DNA of 58,134 bases from Welwitschia mirabilis (taxonomy: Eukaryota). Below the pieces are notes generated by a model. That model was not told the origin of the DNA. It saw only the letters and a list, made by a program, of their open reading frames with translations, and made no database searches. This document shows, in pieces, positions 54,637 through 58,134 of the stretch. The DNA is taken from the NCBI GenBank assembly GCA_051453625.1, contig JBOZIK010000001.1, positions 6,058,693 to 6,116,826 of the forward strand. Reading direction: 5' to 3'. The position numbers were made by a program, and so were the translations under genes. Every line of letters begins with the position of its first letter. The stretch's first letter is position 1.

Positions 54637-55573
54637 GTAAGGTCTTACAACTCGCTTCTTTCCTCATTTTAACTCTGCTGTTGTCCCTTTCTGCGTTCTG
54701 CAATTTCCCCTGTAACTTCTATAAGAATCTTTTTTGTCTTCGTCTTTAATCAAAACGATGCTGTGAGCATTTACGATATCGAAAATATCTGTCATACGAC
54801 AATGTTAATGACTTCTTGTAAGATATTGGGACTCTTTTGCTCTGATGATATGTTACTAAACCCGAAGCTGCAAAAGGATGTTTGGGTAGTAGGCTAGACG
54901 GTTATATGCAGTTTTCAATTTGGTAGGCATGTTTCTCATCACGCGAAATTTAAATGTAAGCACCATTTCCTTTTGCTTTCTAGTGCTCATATGGAAACCT
55001 CTAAGGTTATGTTCATTGTCCTGTTTCATGTCATGCAAACTTAACTGTTTCATAGTGATATGACGGTCGTACTTAATTAGCATACAACCTACTTTTTGTG
55101 TGTACAAGCGAATCAAATGCTTACTAGTTTTTTGTTTACTGGATTTTTTGTTAAATGATTTTATGGTTTATTTGATTTTGCAATTTTATGTTCTGAAAGC
55201 TAATTATTCAGCTTTTAGGTTTGCCCCAGTGTTCTTCAATTGTGAATTGGAAGACAGGTCAAAAGAAACTTGTTTTCTTCTAACTTTTTAATGAAGCCAT
55301 CTAGTAGAGCTCGGAAATGGACTGTAGAAATTTTGTGCTATTTTCCATAATGTTCCATCAGATACAGTAATAAGTGTATTTATGTTACTTCTGTCGCTTT
55401 AACCTTTTTAAGTCAATTTTAGTTTCCCCTTTTTCTCAACCCTTACACTTGTGTCATGAATTTTTATCTCCTTTCTAATGCTATCATTTTGAAAGCTAGA
55501 TATTTAATGAAATCATTATTTTCAGTACAGATATTTATGTTATCTTTGTGGTGTTTCAGAAGGTTTCTAAGCA

Positions 55574-55753
55574 ATGGCTTCAAAGGACACATCGGTTAAA
55601 CATGAATCAGGCTTAAATAAGAAAAAGAGAAAGCACATGGAAAGCTCAGACAAACATCAGTTTACACTTGAGCAGGAATTGGATTCACAATTTGATAAAC
55701 CTAGCAAGAAAAGCCATGGAAAAGCTAAGAAGCGGCAACAACAAAATGACGAG
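55574..55753 (+). CDS. BYSL: Bystin / ENP1 homologue, coding exon 1
   Basis: Acceptor TTTCAG at 55559, GCAATGG start context, MASKDT...KAKKRQQQNDE, phase-0 donor GT at 55754. Basic N-terminus as in bystins. Confidence 0.85.
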
Positions 55754-56439
55754 GTATTACTATCCATATTGTTTTTGAATTTTAAGTGTCTTGTGGAATG
55801 ATTTTTAGATATTGGAAGTTTGAACCATGTTTCTTATACATGCTTTGGCATTAACCAAAATCGTTCCAAAACATTGATTTTATGGGCGTTTCTTGCATCA
55901 AAGAAGGAAAGGTTATCTTTCCTGCTTTCTTCTTTCTTTTGTGTAGGCTTTATAGTATTATTGTGCTTTTCGAAAGCCTATACATTGTTTAGAACTTGAA
56001 AGATTGCAAAACATGATTATGTATAATTGTTGACATTTGTTCTTCATTCGTCTGGATACAAATCTTGAAAATCTGTATTAGATACTGTAAACATTCATAA
56101 AGATGTTAGCACTTTGTTTGATGGATGCTGGAATATTACATGTGTATAATCTTATTCGTACCATGTTTCTGCAGAATGTTTTAGAGCAACTTGAACCATG
56201 TCAGACATATACTTACACTACACAATATAAGGAATCAGTGTAACATTCCAAAGTCACATGACATTATTCAACTTTTAACACAATATTAAGCTGACAATCA
56301 TAGCTTAGATTCTAGCAGTTGTGCATTAGAGAATTTATCCATAATGGAGATTACAAATACTTGTAACATTGCTACTTTTTATGCTGACCACCACGGTTTT
56401 TTTTTTTAAAATTTAGTTTAAATTGTGGTTTGATCACAG

Positions 56440-56513
56440 TTTGTGGATGAGTCTTTGACGGACAAGATTATAAGGGAGGCTCGCAAACAACAAAAGGAAA
56501 TGCAAGAAGAAAG
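56440..56513 (+). CDS. BYSL: Bystin / ENP1 homologue, coding exon 2
   Basis: CACAG|FVDESLTDKIIREARKQQKEMQEE|GT matches the conserved bystin motif (Y/F)VDxxxSxKILxxAxxQQxE; phase 2. Confidence 0.9.
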
Positions 56514-56597
56514 GTATTAAATTGATATTGTCCTTTAATATAATTTCACAATTTTTGTGTTTCTTTATGTCTTTTTAACGTTGTATTCATTCTGAAG

Positions 56598-56724
56598 GGA
56601 TGATGAGGATGGTTTAGCCTCGGCAAGAAAGGTGTTTGATGTGGCTATAAACAAAGTATATTCAGATAGCGATGAAGATGATGTTGATGAGCTTGTTGAA
56701 ACTATGAGTCATGCTGACATTGAA
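56598..56724 (+). CDS. BYSL: Bystin / ENP1 homologue, coding exon 3 (alternative end 56742)
   Basis: GAAG|G GAT..., RDDEDGLASARKVFDVAINKVYSDSDEDDVDELVETMSHADIE|GTAAGT. Frame is consistent with both neighbours; acidic linker. Confidence 0.8.
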
Positions 56725-56812
56725 GTAAGTGACAATGTTGTTGTAAGTCTGCTATATATCTTTATTATTGTAGGGCATATCCTAAAGTTTTGTGGTGATA
56801 TGATAAACCCAG

Positions 56813-56927
56813 GAAATTGATGAGGAGGATGAAAAGCTTTTGGCTCAATTCTATGCTGTCGATGCAGTTCCTCAACGCACATTGGTTAATTTTATCAAGG
56901 AAAAGATAGGCACACAGAATATATCAG
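56813..56927 (+). CDS. BYSL: Bystin / ENP1 homologue, coding exon 4; gene continues beyond window
   Basis: CCCAG|EIDEEDEKLLAQFYAVDAVPQRTLVNFIKEKIGTQNIS G|GT matches bystin E(I/V)DEEDExxLxxF...xRTLADxIxxKI. Confidence 0.9.
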
Positions 56928-58134
56928 GTTGGATTATGTTCATGCTGTCTACAATGTTTGTGTTTACAACATTGCTAACTTCATGAATAGTATACAGCAG
57001 ATGTAAAAATGCACAATTTGAAAGTAACTTAATGTTCTTTATGGAAAAACTATATATGGATCAGAAACATCTACTAATAAAGATGACACTGCCTTTGTTA
57101 AAATCCAATTTATCTTTAAAGAAACTGACTAATGTATTGTTGAGAAGTGAACTTCCCAAGATTCAAAAGGATGTGGTTTAATTCAAGAGTATTAAAGAAT
57201 TTTAACAAAAGGGTATTATGCCTAGTATATTCTAAATTACGAAAGGGATCAACAAATTCATTTGTCATACAAAGAATTTAATCCCCAATCTATTTCAATA
57301 CATTAGGAAATTCCAAGAAATTCAGAAATTGTGCTTATGTAAGTTTTCGAATTTTGTTAGAGTGCGAATTTCATATAACCAATCAATTACAATTTTTTTA
57401 AAGGACTCTATACCTTTGTAAGCCACAAAAATTTGCAGAAATTGAGAATTTAATATCTGAATTCTCTGGGCTAGAATAAAACAGAGATTGGAACTGCAGT
57501 TTGTCAGCTAATGGCAGTATGTTTGAAGGTGTTATTATAGGTGCTGGGCTTTGAGACAAGAGAGGGAAGAATTCTTCACCATATAATTGGAACAATGTAA
57601 CACAAGACAAAAAGAAAAAATTTACCACTACTACTCTGAACTTTAAATGTAAAATGATAACACTGTAATATTAGTTTCAATTCAAATAAACTACAATTTA
57701 GTGAACAACTGAATTGACATCTTAAACAATTGTAATTTTTCAGAGTAGTGATTTAAACTGATAGATAAGCCAAGAGAACTTTCATAAAGCATGAATTACA
57801 ACTCATGAAATGAAAGTTCTTGAATGATGTATTAGAAAATTGTTCAGTGTTGATAAAAGCAACATGCATTTACAGTATAAAGTTTTGAAAAACATATAAA
57901 ACCTGGAAATTGATACACAAGATTTCTGAATGACCTCTGCAGTGCTTCTTAAAAGGGCAAGTGCTAAAACAAAATTGATATAACAGTGCAGCTGAACTTG
58001 GTGAAATTCAAGAGCTGTAAAGGAACAACACCATAGATCTACTCACTGTACCACTCCCCTGTATTATTTGCTGGGAGGACTGTTGATATGTGAAGCCAAA
58101 TATATTATTTATATTGTAAATGTTATGTTTTAAC

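Noticed and set aside
54006-54749. ORFs 54006-54224, 54361-54600 and 54558-54749 as proteins
   Set aside because: Short, no recognisable motifs, and expected by chance in GC-rich sequence.
57398-57628. Antisense ORF or extra exon in the bystin intron
   Set aside because: No bystin-like motif or open sense frame with good splice sites.

Overview
AT-rich plant nuclear DNA from a gapped draft assembly. About 1-53.2 kb is old, heavily C-to-T decayed retroelement sequence. A pol-deleted SIRE/Sirevirus-type Ty1/Copia element (7068-14952, +) sits inside the RT of an Athila-type Ty3/Gypsy element (<1-19908, -). That element in turn abuts, and appears to truncate, the LTR of a non-coding LTR element whose ~1.45 kb LTR occurs four times in the window. 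There is also a chromovirus-like pol remnant, three L1-clade LINE remnants (all -), a tRNA-derived SINE-like fragment and several tandem repeats. At ~54.0 kb CG dinucleotides reappear abruptly at the promoter of the one clear host gene, bystin/ENP1 (40S biogenesis factor, +). Four of its coding exons lie in the window and the gene continues past the end. The most interesting object is a ~360-nt GC-rich element (54240-54597) that fills a putative first 5'UTR intron of bystin. By eye it folds into a closed multi-branched structure on the sense strand, with GNRA/UUCG tetraloops, G-U pairs and a possible long-range pseudoknot. It is followed by a 5-nt micro-exon or AG|GT site and matches no RNA family I recognise. 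All calls are by eye; no searches or folding programs were run.
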